This document shows, one piece after another, positions 1 to 10,300 of a stretch of DNA of 64,000 nt. The first letter of the stretch is position 1, and each line of letters starts with the position of its first letter. Position numbers and translations under genes: made by a program. Under the pieces are notes generated by a model, which was not told where the DNA came from, did no database searches, and worked only from the letters and a program-made list of their open reading frames with translations. Source of the stretch: Candidatus Spongiisociaceae bacterium. GTDB lineage: Bacteria; Actinomycetota; Acidimicrobiia; Spongiisociales; Spongiisociaceae. The stretch spans positions 2,560,001 through 2,624,000 of the forward strand of contig OZ241841.1 of NCBI GenBank assembly GCA_965202665.1. The letters run 5' to 3'.

Positions 1-1
1 G

Positions 2-466
2 CCGCCCCGGCCCCGGCAACGGCCCCCGTCCCGTCCGCCGGGCGCGCCCCGGCCGGGCAGCGGCGCGCCGCCCTCCCCGCCCGGGGGGGTGCGGCCCGTT
101 CCCCCCGGCGGCCCCCCGTCCGGGGGCCCGCGTCCCGGCCAACGCTCCGGGGTGGTGGTGCGGCCCGGCGTCCGGGAGTCGAGCGCCCGGGCGCAGGTGA
201 TAGAAGCCCGGGAGATAAACGACGCCAAACGGATCGCCGATCTGGTCCGGGAGAGGATTCCGGTGGTGGTGGATCTGAAAAAGGCCGAACCGGACATGGC
301 GCGCCGGGTGGTGGATTTCGCCAGCGGTTTGACTTACGCCTTGGACGGCACCGTCACCAAGGTAGCGAAAGGGGTGGTTTTGGTCAGTCCCCCGCGGGTG
401 GAACTTTCCCCCCGGGAGGTGAGCCGTCTCCACGCCCTGGGCCTGCATGATTCCCCGGCCGGCTGA
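2..466 (+). CDS. sepF: Cell division protein SepF (5' end probably outside the window; Pro/Arg-rich N-terminal region)
   Basis: C-terminal 'PVVVDL...ARRVVDFASGLTYALDG.VTKV' is the SepF core. The frame is open from position 2, and the gene is followed by yggT and divIVA as in actinobacterial dcw clusters. Confidence 0.9.
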   Translation, partial: PPRPRQRPPSRPPGAPRPGSGAPPSPPGGVRPVPPGGPPSGGPRPGQRSGVVVRPGVRESSARAQVIEAREINDAKRIADLVRERIPVVVDLKKAEPDMARRVVDFASGLTYALDGTVTKVAKGVVLVSPPRVELSPREVSRLHALGLHDSPAG

Positions 467-484
467 CGGGCCCGCCTGACTCCG

Positions 485-742
485 ATGTTCCTGGGCCTCA
501 TCTGCGCCGCCCTGCAGCTGTACGGGCTGGCCGTTTTGGCCCGAATCATATTGTCCTGGATCCGGGTTCCCTCCGATCACGCCGTGGGCCGGATCGGTTC
601 TTTGCTGGCCGTCATCGTGGACCCCCCGTTGCGCGCCATCCGTTCGGTGATGCCCGACATTCCCATCGGCCCCGCCCGGTTGGACCTGTCCCCCATGGTG
701 TTGCTGTTGGCGGTGTTCATCGTGCGGCGGGTGATCTGTTGA
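485..742 (+). CDS. yggT: YggT family membrane protein
   Basis: 'ARIILSW...DPPLRAIR...DLSPMVL' YggT signature; lies between sepF and divIVA. Confidence 0.9.
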   Translation: MFLGLICAALQLYGLAVLARIILSWIRVPSDHAVGRIGSLLAVIVDPPLRAIRSVMPDIPIGPARLDLSPMVLLLAVFIVRRVIC

Positions 743-778
743 CCTTGCCGGCGGGCGTTTCCGTGTAAGGTTTGGGTT

Positions 779-1237
779 ATGAACCTGAGACCCGAAGACG
801 TTGAGCAAGTCAAATTCCGGGTGGCCCTGCGCGGCTATGCCGAGGACGAGGTGGACATTTTCCTGGATCAGGTGGCGGACACCATCCGCGACCTGAACAG
901 GAAGCTGGCGGCCGCCGAGAGGGAGACGCAGGAGTTGCGGGAGCGGGAAGCCCTCCGCATCCAGCGGGAGCTGATGGAGGCGCCTCCCCCTCCGGTCACC
1001 CCGCCCCTGTTGCCGGAGGAGCAACCGTCGTTGCCGGTGATGCCGGCCCCCGCCCCGGACCCTCCCGTCGCCGAAGGGGGAGGGGGGGAAGGAAATGCGG
1101 AGCGCGTGGAGGATTACGACCTGCCCACCCAGGTGATAGAACCGGAGCAAAGAGAAGGGGAACAGCCTCCGCCGCCCCCGCCCGACCCGGAGGATTCCCC
1201 CGCCGACCGCCCGCAGTGGGGCGGGTACTCCTACTGA
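779..1237 (+). CDS. DivIVA domain protein with Pro/Glu-rich tail
   Basis: N-terminal 'LRPEDV...FRVALRGYAEDEVDIFLD' DivIVA motif followed by a coiled coil. Confidence 0.85.
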   Translation: MNLRPEDVEQVKFRVALRGYAEDEVDIFLDQVADTIRDLNRKLAAAERETQELREREALRIQRELMEAPPPPVTPPLLPEEQPSLPVMPAPAPDPPVAEGGGGEGNAERVEDYDLPTQVIEPEQREGEQPPPPPPDPEDSPADRPQWGGYSY

Positions 1238-1245
1238 CTTAGGCT

Positions 1246-4200
1246 TTAGCCGCCGGCGGGGTCGGGCCGGTGCCTGTCGACCGACAGCACAATCAGGGAC
1301 TGGCCCACTCGGCATTCCCGGATTCCCGGACCGGAGGCGGGCGCCGTCGCCAGTTGCGGGTCGGCGGCCAGGCGGGCGGCCAGCGCCTCCCCTGATATGA
1401 AACCGGCGTGGGCGGCGACGGCCTCCGCCAGTTGCGGGTCGGAGGTGTGGTAGCCCACCCGGATCCGATCCGACACGTCCAGGTCCAGCTCCCGCCGTAC
1501 CCCCTGGATGCGGGACACCACCTCCCGGGCCAGCCCTTCGGCGACCAACTCGGCGGTGGGCTCAATGTCCATGGCCACCGAAACGGCCCCCTCGGAGGCC
1601 GTCGCCATCCCCGGCCGGGGGGTGCGGGTCACTACCACATCCCCGGCGCCCAGCCGGTGGCCGCCCACCGTCATCTCCCCGGATTCCAGAAACCGGGCCA
1701 ACTCTTCACCCGAGGCCCCGGCCAGCGACCGGGCCAGGTTTTTGACCTCCGCCCCCAAGCGCGGGCCCAAGGTTTTAAAGTTCGGCTTGGCGCTCAACTC
1801 CACCAGGGACAGTTCATCGGAGGAGACCCCGATGCGCTTTACGTTCAGCTCTTCGGCGATCACCGCCCCATGGCGCTCCGCCGCCGCCGCCGTCTGCGGG
1901 TCGCTGGTCAGCACGGTCAGCGAAGCCGCCGGCCGGCGCACCCCCACCGAATGCTGGAGGCGCAACGACCGTCCCAGCCGCACCACCTGCCGGGCGATGG
2001 CCATGGAGCTCTCCAAGTCTTCGTCGATCAGGTTGCGGTCCTCCTGCGGGAAATCGGCGTGATGGACGGTGGTTTCCTCCGGCGCCAGGCCCAGATGGAT
2101 TTCATCGGTTATGAAAGGCAGCACCGGGGCCAGCAGGCGGCTGAAGGCGGTCAGGGCCTCGTAGAGGGTGGCGAAGGCGGACAGCTTGTCCCGTTCCGAC
2201 TCCGGGCCGCCCTCCCCCCGGCTGCGCCAGAAACGCCGCCGCGAACGGCGCACGTACCAATTGGTCAGGTCGTCCACGAAACCCAGGGCCGGCCCCACCA
2301 CCGAATACAGGTAGCAACCTTCCATCAGGGCGTTGGTTTGCGAGATCAGGCTCTGCAGCACGCTGATGATCCAGCGGTCGATTTCCGGCCGCTCCCCGGG
2401 GGCGGGGGCCCGTCGCAGGTCGGCGAAGGTGATTCCGTCGGCGGCGGCGTAGGTGGTGAAAAAAGAGTAGGTGTTCCAGAAGGGGAGTATCACGGTGCGC
2501 ACCACGTCCCGCACCCCCTCTTCGGAGAAGCGCACCGGTTCGGCCCGCAACACCGGGGAGTTGATCAGGTAGGCCCGCACCGCATCCCCCCCGTATTTGT
2601 CCAGCACCTCCAACGGCTCGGGGTAGTTTTTGAGGCGCTTGGACATTTTCCGCCCGTCGCCGGCCAGGATCAGCCCGTTGACCACGCAGTTGCGGAAAGC
2701 GACCTCGTCGAACAGGGCGCAACTGAGGACGTGCAGGGTGTAAAACCAGCCCCGGGTCTGATCCAGCCCTTCGGCGATGAAATCGGCCGGGAAGCCGCGT
2801 TGGAAGCGGTCCCGGTTTTCAAACGGGTAATGCAGGTGGGCGTAGGGCATGGAACCGGATTCGAACCAGCAGTCCAACACTTCCGGCACCCGCCGCATCT
2901 CGCCGGGACAGTCCGGGCAGGGGAAGACGACCAGGTCGGCCACGTGCTTGTGCATGTCCTCCAGCCACACCCCGGATCGTTTCCTCAGTTCCTCCCGGCC
3001 GCCGAAGCATTCCCGGCGTCCGCACCCGCCGCATTCCCACACCGGAATGCAACTGCCCCAGTAGCGGTTGCGGGACACCGCCCAGTCCCGGGCGTCCTCC
3101 AGCCAGTTGCCGAACCGGTGCGACCCGACCCGCTCCGGCACCCAGTGGATGGAGCGGTTCAGTTCCGCCATCCGTTCCCGGATTCGCTCCACCCGCACGA
3201 ACCAGGTGGGGATGGCTTTGTAGATGAGGGGGGTGTCGGTGCGGTAGCAGTACGGGTAGGAGTGGGTGATGCGCTCCTGTTTCAGCAACGCCCCGGAGTC
3301 TTCCAGCATTTGGATGATGCGCTGTTCGGCGTCGTGCACGTGGGTTCCGGCCAACTCCGGGACCCGGTCGGTGAACCGCGCTTCCATATCCACCGGGTCC
3401 ACCAGGGCTTCGATCCCGGCCGCGGCCAGGGCGTAGAAGTCCTCCTCGCCGTAGGCGGGGGCCATGTGCACCAAGCCGGTGCCTTCCCCGGTGGACACCT
3501 CTTCGCCCGGGATGACCCGGAAGGCCCCTTTGGCCCGCTCCCGCTCAAAGTAGGGAAAGGCGGGCCGGTAGGCGGCGCCCAGCAGTTGGGCGCCGCGGGC
3601 GGAGTCGGCGGGGGGAGGGGGGTCGTCCCACACCGCGCCCAGCAGGTCGGCGGCCGCCCAATAACGCTCCCCGTCTATTTCCACCGCCGCGTATTCGGCG
3701 TCCGCCGCCACCGCCACCGCCAGGTTGCTGAGCAACGTCCACGGGGTGGTGGTCCATATGGTCAGGTAATCTCCGGCCCGCACCGGCCCCGCCCCTTCCG
3801 CGACTTGCAGGCGAACCGTCACCGCCGGGTCTTCCGCTTCCCGGTATCCGCCCAGGCTGACCTCGAAGTTGGAGAGGGTGGTGCCCGCCGCCCACGAGTA
3901 GGGGAGCACTTTGAAGTCGCGGTACACCAGGTCTTTGTCCCACAAGGCCCGAAACACCCACCATACGCTTTCCATGAACTCGGGGTCCATGGTCTTGTAG
4001 TCGTTCTCAAAATCCACCCACCGTCCGATGCGACGGGTGATTTCCTCCCATTCTTCGGTGGTTACCTCCACCATTTCCCGGCAGGCGGCGTTGAAGCGGT
4101 CCACTCCGAACTCTTCGATTTGGCGGGGGCCGGAGACGCCCAGCCGGTTTTCCACCTCCATTTCTATGGGCAATCCGTGGGTGTCCCATCCGAAACGGCG

Positions 4201-4491
4201 CTCCACCCGGTATCCCCTCATCGTCCAGTAGCGGGGCACTACGTCTTTGATAACCCCGGCCAGAATGTTGCCGTAGTGGGGGCTGCCGGAGGCGAACGGC
4301 GGGCCGTCGTAGAAAGTGTATTCCCGGTCGGCGGGGCGCATTTCCACCGAGGCGCGGAAGGCGTCCGATTCGTCCCATCGTTTCTGCACCCGGGCTTCCA
4401 GGTCTTTCAGGTTCACCCGGGGGGACACCCGGCGAAAATCCGACCGGGCCGCCGCAGGAGAGGGGGATGACTGGTTGGCGGTTTCCGGCAA
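1246..4491 (-). CDS. ileS: Isoleucine--tRNA ligase (IleRS2 type)
   Basis: 'FYDGPPFASGSPHYGN', 'GWDTHGLP', 'WTTTPWTL', 'EGLDQTRGWFY' and KMSKR motifs; GGAGGAG RBS before a TTG start. Confidence 0.97.
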   Translation of the reverse strand: MPETANQSSPSPAAARSDFRRVSPRVNLKDLEARVQKRWDESDAFRASVEMRPADREYTFYDGPPFASGSPHYGNILAGVIKDVVPRYWTMRGYRVERRFGWDTHGLPIEMEVENRLGVSGPRQIEEFGVDRFNAACREMVEVTTEEWEEITRRIGRWVDFENDYKTMDPEFMESVWWVFRALWDKDLVYRDFKVLPYSWAAGTTLSNFEVSLGGYREAEDPAVTVRLQVAEGAGPVRAGDYLTIWTTTPWTLLSNLAVAVAADAEYAAVEIDGERYWAAADLLGAVWDDPPPPADSARGAQLLGAAYRPAFPYFERERAKGAFRVIPGEEVSTGEGTGLVHMAPAYGEEDFYALAAAGIEALVDPVDMEARFTDRVPELAGTHVHDAEQRIIQMLEDSGALLKQERITHSYPYCYRTDTPLIYKAIPTWFVRVERIRERMAELNRSIHWVPERVGSHRFGNWLEDARDWAVSRNRYWGSCIPVWECGGCGRRECFGGREELRKRSGVWLEDMHKHVADLVVFPCPDCPGEMRRVPEVLDCWFESGSMPYAHLHYPFENRDRFQRGFPADFIAEGLDQTRGWFYTLHVLSCALFDEVAFRNCVVNGLILAGDGRKMSKRLKNYPEPLEVLDKYGGDAVRAYLINSPVLRAEPVRFSEEGVRDVVRTVILPFWNTYSFFTTYAAADGITFADLRRAPAPGERPEIDRWIISVLQSLISQTNALMEGCYLYSVVGPALGFVDDLTNWYVRRSRRRFWRSRGEGGPESERDKLSAFATLYEALTAFSRLLAPVLPFITDEIHLGLAPEETTVHHADFPQEDRNLIDEDLESSMAIARQVVRLGRSLRLQHSVGVRRPAASLTVLTSDPQTAAAAERHGAVIAEELNVKRIGVSSDELSLVELSAKPNFKTLGPRLGAEVKNLARSLAGASGEELARFLESGEMTVGGHRLGAGDVVVTRTPRPGMATASEGAVSVAMDIEPTAELVAEGLAREVVSRIQGVRRELDLDVSDRIRVGYHTSDPQLAEAVAAHAGFISGEALAARLAADPQLATAPASGPGIRECRVGQSLIVLSVDRHRPDPAGG

Positions 4492-4632
4492 ACGCTCCTC
4501 CTAGTCGGGAGTGGGGCGGTAAATATCGTAGTCAAGAACGCAACCCGGCGGCATCTTAGGTTTAGGTTGCAACCCGCTTCTTGTTATTCTATCTGCTAAC
4601 ATGGCGCGTCCGTTCCCCGGTGGGAGGTCTAT

Positions 4633-5016
4633 TTGGCGCTTCGCCGCAAACAACTTGCCGAGTCCACGGTCCGCAGTTTCGAACGGAAGTTGCTGGAAGA
4701 AGAGGCCCGTTTGTTGCGGGTGATAGAGGTGCACGAGGCGGAGCGGGTGCAGGTGCGCTTAGCTGAAACTTCGGCGGAGCGCAGCCCCGACCCCGATTCC
4801 GCCGAAGGCGGTTCCATGGCTTTCGAGTTCGAGAAGGAACTGTCGGTGGACCGCAACACCCGCGATCTGTTGTCGCAGGTCCGACGGGCCATGGGGCTGA
4901 TAGAGGAAGGGAAGTACGGAACGTGTCTGAGTTGCTCCCGTCCGATTCCGGTGGTGCGCCTGCGGGCGATCCCGCACACCACCATCTGCGTGGACTGCGC
5001 TTCCCGACGTCGCTGA
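4633..5016 (+). CDS. TraR/DksA C4-type zinc finger protein
   Basis: Coiled coil plus 'GKYGTCLSC...RLRAIPHTTICVDC' C4 zinc finger; GGGAGG RBS. Confidence 0.9.
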   Translation: MALRRKQLAESTVRSFERKLLEEEARLLRVIEVHEAERVQVRLAETSAERSPDPDSAEGGSMAFEFEKELSVDRNTRDLLSQVRRAMGLIEEGKYGTCLSCSRPIPVVRLRAIPHTTICVDCASRRR

Positions 5017-5474
5017 TCGGCAAACGGGTCCGGGCCGTCCTGATCGGCTCGGGGGTGGTTGCGGCCGACCAGTTGACCAAATGGTGGGCCCGTTCCGCTT
5101 TAGCCGACGGGGATGCGGATCTGATCGACGGCTTCCTGCGGTTTTACCTGGTGGAAAACCGGGGTTCGGCTTTTTCCCTGTTTCAGGGGGGCGGTCCGGT
5201 GCTGGCGGCGGTGGCCGCGGCAGCCGCCGTCTGGCTGGTGAAACTGGCCGGGCGGGCCGAAACCCGCACCCAACTGGCGGCGTTGGGCCTGATTCTGGGC
5301 GGGGCGGTGGGCAACTTGGTGGACCGGGTCGCCAAAGCCTCGGGGTCTTTCCTGGGAGGGTCGGTCACCGACTTCATCGACTTCTCGTTTTGGCCCACCT
5401 TCAACTTGGCCGACTCGGCCATCACGGTGGGGGTGGTGTTGTTGCTGTGGACGCACCGGCCCGTTCGGCGGTAG
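5013..5474 (+). CDS. lspA: Lipoprotein signal peptidase II (start codon uncertain)
   Basis: 'DQLTKWWA', 'NRGSAFSL', 'GAVGNLVDR', 'VTDFIDF..WPTFNLADSAI' motifs. Confidence 0.93.
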   Translation: MIGKRVRAVLIGSGVVAADQLTKWWARSALADGDADLIDGFLRFYLVENRGSAFSLFQGGGPVLAAVAAAAAVWLVKLAGRAETRTQLAALGLILGGAVGNLVDRVAKASGSFLGGSVTDFIDFSFWPTFNLADSAITVGVVLLLWTHRPVRR

Positions 5475-6424
5475 TGCCCGACCGGCTGGAAGGGCGGCGC
5501 TGGGACGTCGTTTTGGCCGACTTGGCGGGCATCAGCCGCGCCCGGGCCAAACGTTTGCTGGAGAGCGGGGAGGCGGCGGCGGCGGGCGGCGGGCCGTTGC
5601 GCCCGGCGGGCCGGGCGGCGGCGGGGACGGAAGTTCGTTACCGCTTGGGGGAGCCCCCGGCGGTGCGGCCGGCCGCCATGGACCTGTCGGCTCCCTATGA
5701 GGACGGTTATTTGGCGATAGTGGACAAACCGGCGGGGATGGTGGTGCATCCCGCCCCCGGACATTGGGACGACCGCACCCTGGTGTCGGCCCTGTTGCAC
5801 CGCTGGCCGCAAGTGGAGGGGGTGGGGAGCGGGCCGCGCTGGGGGATAGTGCACCGGTTGGACAAGGACACGTCGGGGGTGATGGCGGTGGCCCTCACCG
5901 AACCGGCTTTTCGGGGTTTGAGCGAGGCGGTGGCCGCCCGGGGGCTGGAGAGAAAATACCTGGCTTTGGCCCACGGTTCGCTTTCCGTTCCCACCGGGAC
6001 GATCGACGCCCCTTTGGGGCGGCGCCGTTCCCGCCGCCGCGTGTCCGCCTCCGGCAAACCGGCCGTGACCCATTACCGGCGTCTGGCGGAATGGTCCCTG
6101 CCCGACCTGTCGCTTTTGGAGATCACCTTGGAAACGGGCCGCACCCACCAGATACGCGCCCACCTGGAATCCATCGGCCATCACGCGGCGGGCGATCCGG
6201 TGTACGGCCGCCCGGCCCCCCCGGGGGCGGACCCGGGCCGGGTGTGGCTCCATTCCCGAAGCTTGGCCTTCCAACATCCGATAACCGGCCAACCGGTGCG
6301 GGCCCAAGCCCCCCTCCCCGCCGACTTGGAAAACAGCTTGCAAGCATTGGGCGCCCCCCGCGCGGGAAGCCTGGATTTTCTTTCCGAAGACACTTGCGGA
6401 GCGGGAGGCGGCCGGCCCGCCTGA
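5474..6424 (+). CDS. RluA/RluD family pseudouridine synthase
   Basis: 'DKPAGMVVHP', 'GIVHRLDKDTSG', 'LETGRTHQIR'; GTG start overlaps the lspA stop. Confidence 0.93.
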   Translation: MPDRLEGRRWDVVLADLAGISRARAKRLLESGEAAAAGGGPLRPAGRAAAGTEVRYRLGEPPAVRPAAMDLSAPYEDGYLAIVDKPAGMVVHPAPGHWDDRTLVSALLHRWPQVEGVGSGPRWGIVHRLDKDTSGVMAVALTEPAFRGLSEAVAARGLERKYLALAHGSLSVPTGTIDAPLGRRRSRRRVSASGKPAVTHYRRLAEWSLPDLSLLEITLETGRTHQIRAHLESIGHHAAGDPVYGRPAPPGADPGRVWLHSRSLAFQHPITGQPVRAQAPLPADLENSLQALGAPRAGSLDFLSEDTCGAGGGRPA

Positions 6425-6458
6425 CAGGCGAAACGCCGGCTCTCGCCAGAGGCGGGTT

Positions 6459-6707
6459 TCAGGATTTGAAAGTAGCGGCCGGGTATTCCTTGCCGTTGAT
6501 GGTCACGGTGGTTTGCCCGCGGGCGGCCATTCTCCGCATCGCCTCCAAGACATCCCCGCCGTGCTTGCCTTCATACAGCTCCTGGTCGTACTGGACCCGG
6601 CGGCGGTTGTCTTCGTGGTCGTTAAACCAGTGGTTGGGATCGGCCCTCCGCCGACGCTCTTCTTCTGACAGTTCCTCGGTCGCGGGAAGATCAACGTTCG
6701 GTTCCAT
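6459..6707 (-). CDS. Small hypothetical protein, putative antitoxin-like; paralog of 24492-24758
   Basis: 82-aa charged ORF overlapping the upstream gene; shares 'ADPxxWFxD' and 'ExxRRxxAxG' with 24492-24758. Confidence 0.6.
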   Translation of the reverse strand: MEPNVDLPATEELSEEERRRRADPNHWFNDHEDNRRRVQYDQELYEGKHGGDVLEAMRRMAARGQTTVTINGKEYPAATFKS

Positions 6708-7065
6708 CTTTGTTACATCCTTTCGCAGATAGCCGCCCAGTATAGCCGGTCGCTGCCCGCGCTAGTTCCGGGGGAAGGCTTTCTTTGCATAGTTTATGGC
6801 AAGCGTGAAAGATTTTTCCGGTCGGCAACGTCAGGTGATCACCAAATATCACATGGTGCTGGTCCTCTTTGGTGGGTCCGTACGCGTGGTATGTGACTAC
6901 GTAATCCTTATCCCACCGGCCGTCGTCAGCTATGTACACCGTATCAGGGGAAAGGAGGACCTCTAGAATTTCGCCGAGTGGCATTCTGCGCCCAGTTTCT
7001 TGGGCGGAACCGAGTAGGCAGGCCTCTTCCCAGCCGAAAGGCAACGAATATCGATCCCGTGACAC
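6691..7065 (-). CDS. Hypothetical protein, putative BrnT/RelE-like toxin; paralog of 24200-24484
   Basis: Shares 'LPxGW...SA...RRM...ILEVL' with 24200-24484; C-terminal 'YGP...IFHA' resembles BrnT-like toxins; lower GC than the flanks. Confidence 0.55.
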   Translation of the reverse strand: MSRDRYSLPFGWEEACLLGSAQETGRRMPLGEILEVLLSPDTVYIADDGRWDKDYVVTYHAYGPTKEDQHHVIFGDHLTLPTGKIFHACHKLCKESLPPELARAATGYTGRLSAKGCNKDGTER

Positions 7066-7377
7066 CCATTCGCAGTTATTAAAGGGAAACGCTTGGCGAA
7101 TCGGGGGTGCTGGCTCTGTCGTTCCTGGTTCGTTTTAGTTGTTAGTTATCGACATATTAAATAATATAAAAGGAGTATGTGACACGAAAACATTCCCCAG
7201 CTTGGCGATTAGGGGAGGGGGCGGCATCGGTTGGGCGGGAGGTTTGTCGCACCGGGCGGGGAAACTGGTTTGATAATGCGCCGCGGGCGCTTGCGACTCG
7301 GCTAAAGTGGGCACGGCCTTCCCCCCTGACGCATTGGGCGCTCGCGGGCGTAACCCGTGCGACAGGGAAAGTCTTCA

Positions 7378-10300
7378 ATGTCCAATGACGATTTCGTGCA
7401 TCTGCACGTGCACAGCGAGTTTTCCATGCTGGACGGAGCGGCCCGCATCAGCGAAGTTATGGATGCGGTGGTTGCCGACGGCGGCCGGGCTATCGGGCTG
7501 ACCGACCACGGGGTGCTGTACGGAGTGGTGGATTTCTACCGGGCGGCCCGCGACCGCGACCTGACCCCGGTTTTGGGGGTGGAAGCCTATCTGACGGCCG
7601 GTTCCCGCTTCGACCGCCCCCCGCCCCAGGCCAACACCCGCTACCACATTACGCTCCTAGCCGAAAACCAAACCGGTTACGCCAATCTGGTGAAGCTGGT
7701 CAGCAGGGCCTATCTGGAGGGCTTCTACTACAAACCGCGCATGGACCGCGAACTGCTGGCCGAACACGCCGCCGGGCTGATCGCCACCACCGGTTGCCTG
7801 GGCGGCCAGATACCGCAGTTGCTGGCCCCCGACGCCTCCCGGGAGGAGGGCAACACCGGGGGGGTGCGGGATGCGGAGGCCGCCCTGCGCGTCGCCGGCG
7901 AGTATCAGGACATTTTCGGCAAAGACAACTTTTTCATCGAACTGCAGGACCACGGCTTAGAACCGCAACGGCGGATTATGCCCGACCTGATGGACATCTC
8001 CCGCCGTTTGGGGGCTCCGCTTTTGGCCACCAACGACATTCACTACACCCACCCCGACCAGGCGCAGGCGCACGACGCCCTGCTGTGCATACAGACCGCC
8101 TCCAACATCGCCGAAGAAAACCGGCTCAAGTTCGATTCCCACGAGTTCTATCTGAAAACGGCCCGCCAGATGCGGGACCTGTTCCCCCAAGACCAGTTTC
8201 CCGGGGCCTGCGACAACACCCTGCGGGTGGCGGAACGGTCCGAGGTGCGGATTAATTTCGATCAGATTCTGCTGCCCAACTTCGGGGTGCCCGACGGCCA
8301 CACCTCCGTCACCTACCTGCGCCAACTGGTGTTGGAGGGGGCCCGCGCCCGCTACCGGGTTTTGGAGGGGGAGGCGGCGGAGCGGATAGAACACGAGTTG
8401 AAAATCATCGAGGAAATGGGTTTTCCCGACTACTTCCTGATCGTGTGGGATCTGGTCCGCCACGCCCGGGAGCAGGGCATTCGGGTGGGACCGGGCCGGG
8501 GTTCCGCCGCCGGCTCCATCGTGGCTTACGCCCTGCGCATCACCGACCTGGACCCCTTGCACTACGGGCTGATCTTCGAACGGTTCCTGAACCCGGGCCG
8601 CCGGGAAATGCCCGACATAGACATTGACTTCGATGAACGTCATCGGGGGCGGGTGATTCAATATTTGGTGGACAAGTACGGGTCCGACCATGTGGCCCAG
8701 ATTGTCACTTTCTCCACCATCAAAGGCAAGCAGGCCATTCGCGATTCGGCCCGGGTGCTGGGCTTTCCATACGAAACGGGCGACCGTTTGGCCAAAATGA
8801 TGCCCCCGGCCGTGCTGGGACGGGAAGCTTCCCTCGACATCTGTTTCAACAGCCCCGCCGACGACGCGGAGAGTTTGGTCAAAGACTGGCACGCCAACGC
8901 CGCCGGCCTGCGCGAAGCCTACCGCGAGCAGGAGGAAGCCAAACAGGTAATAGACACCGCCCGCGGTTTGGAGCATCTGCGCCGCCAGGACTCCATTCAC
9001 GCCGCGGCGGTGGTCATCTCCCCGGAGCCGCTGACCGAACTGGTGCCGTTGCAACGCAAAGGGGACGACAAAGAGGTGGTTACCCAGTACGAAATGGGGG
9101 CCATCGAGTCCCTGGGACTGCTGAAAATGGACATCCTCGGCCTGCGCACCCTGTCCACCATTGACAAATGCCTGGACCTGGTGGAATCCACGCAGGGTTT
9201 CCGACCCGACATCGACAACGTGGACCTCCAGGATCGGAAGACTTTTGAGATGATGTGCCGGGGGGACACGGTGGGGGTGTTTCAGTTGGAAGGCTCGGCC
9301 ATGCGGGCCTTGATCCGGAGCTTGCAACCGGACCGGTTTGAGGACATCATCGCCTTGGTGGCCCTCTACCGCCCCGGCCCCATGTCCAACGATTGGCACA
9401 ACGCCTACTCAGACCGCAAAAACGGCCGCCGCCCGGTGGAATACCCGCATCCGGCCGCCGAAGACGCCCTGCGGGACACTTACGGCCTGATGATCTACCA
9501 GGAGCAGGTGATGGAGATCGCCCGTCAGATAGCCGGTTATTCGATGGCCGACGCCGACTCTCTCCGCAAGGCGATGGGTAAAAAAATCCCCGCCATCATG
9601 AAAGCGGAGCGGGAAAAGTTCATCGCCGGGGCGCAGGATCAGGGGCATCCGCCGCAGTTGGGAGGCCCCCTCTTCGACTCCATTGAAGGGTTCGCTGGCT
9701 ACGGCTTCAACAAGTCGCACAGCGCCGCCTACGGCCTGCTCGCCTATCAAACGGCCTACCTGAAAGCCAACTACCCGCCCCAGTACATGGCCGCCTTGCT
9801 CACCTCGGTGCGTAAAGACAAAGACAAGACCGCCCTCTACCTGAGCGAATGCCGCGTCATGGAACTGGAAGTGGTATGCCCGTCGGTCAACCACGCCGAA
9901 AGCGACTACGCGGTGGTGGGCGAGCAGATAATGTTTGGCATGGCGGCGGTGCGCAACGTGGGGCCGCGGGTGGTGGATTTCATCGTCGAAGCCCGGGAGG
10001 GCAAAGAGGGCCCGTTTACCGACTTCCATGACTTTCTCAACCGGGTGAGATTGCACGTGTTGAACAAGGGCACGGTGGGGGCGCTGATTAAAGCGGGGGC
10101 CTTCGACGCGCTGGGCCATTCCCGCAAAGGCCTGTACGAGGTGATGGAGACGATGGTGGATGTCACGCTGGCCCGGCGCCGCAACGAAGACAGGGGGCAG
10201 TACGGACTGTTCGGGGAGGACGACCCCGGGGTGGATGTCAAAAAGGTGGAGATCTCCGACGACGAATGGCGGCAGTCGGTCCGCTTGGGCTTTGAGAAGG

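Noticed and set aside
1408-4470. Long antisense or alternative-frame ORFs (e.g. 1408-4470, 14500-17106, 25100-27334, 37296-39536, 57874-60066)
   Set aside because: They are shadows of well-supported genes in high-GC DNA, with low-complexity translations and no motifs.
4492-4632. T-box riboswitch upstream of ileS, as found in many Actinobacteria
   Set aside because: The short divergent intergenic region has no GGTGGNACCGCG T-box sequence on the minus strand.
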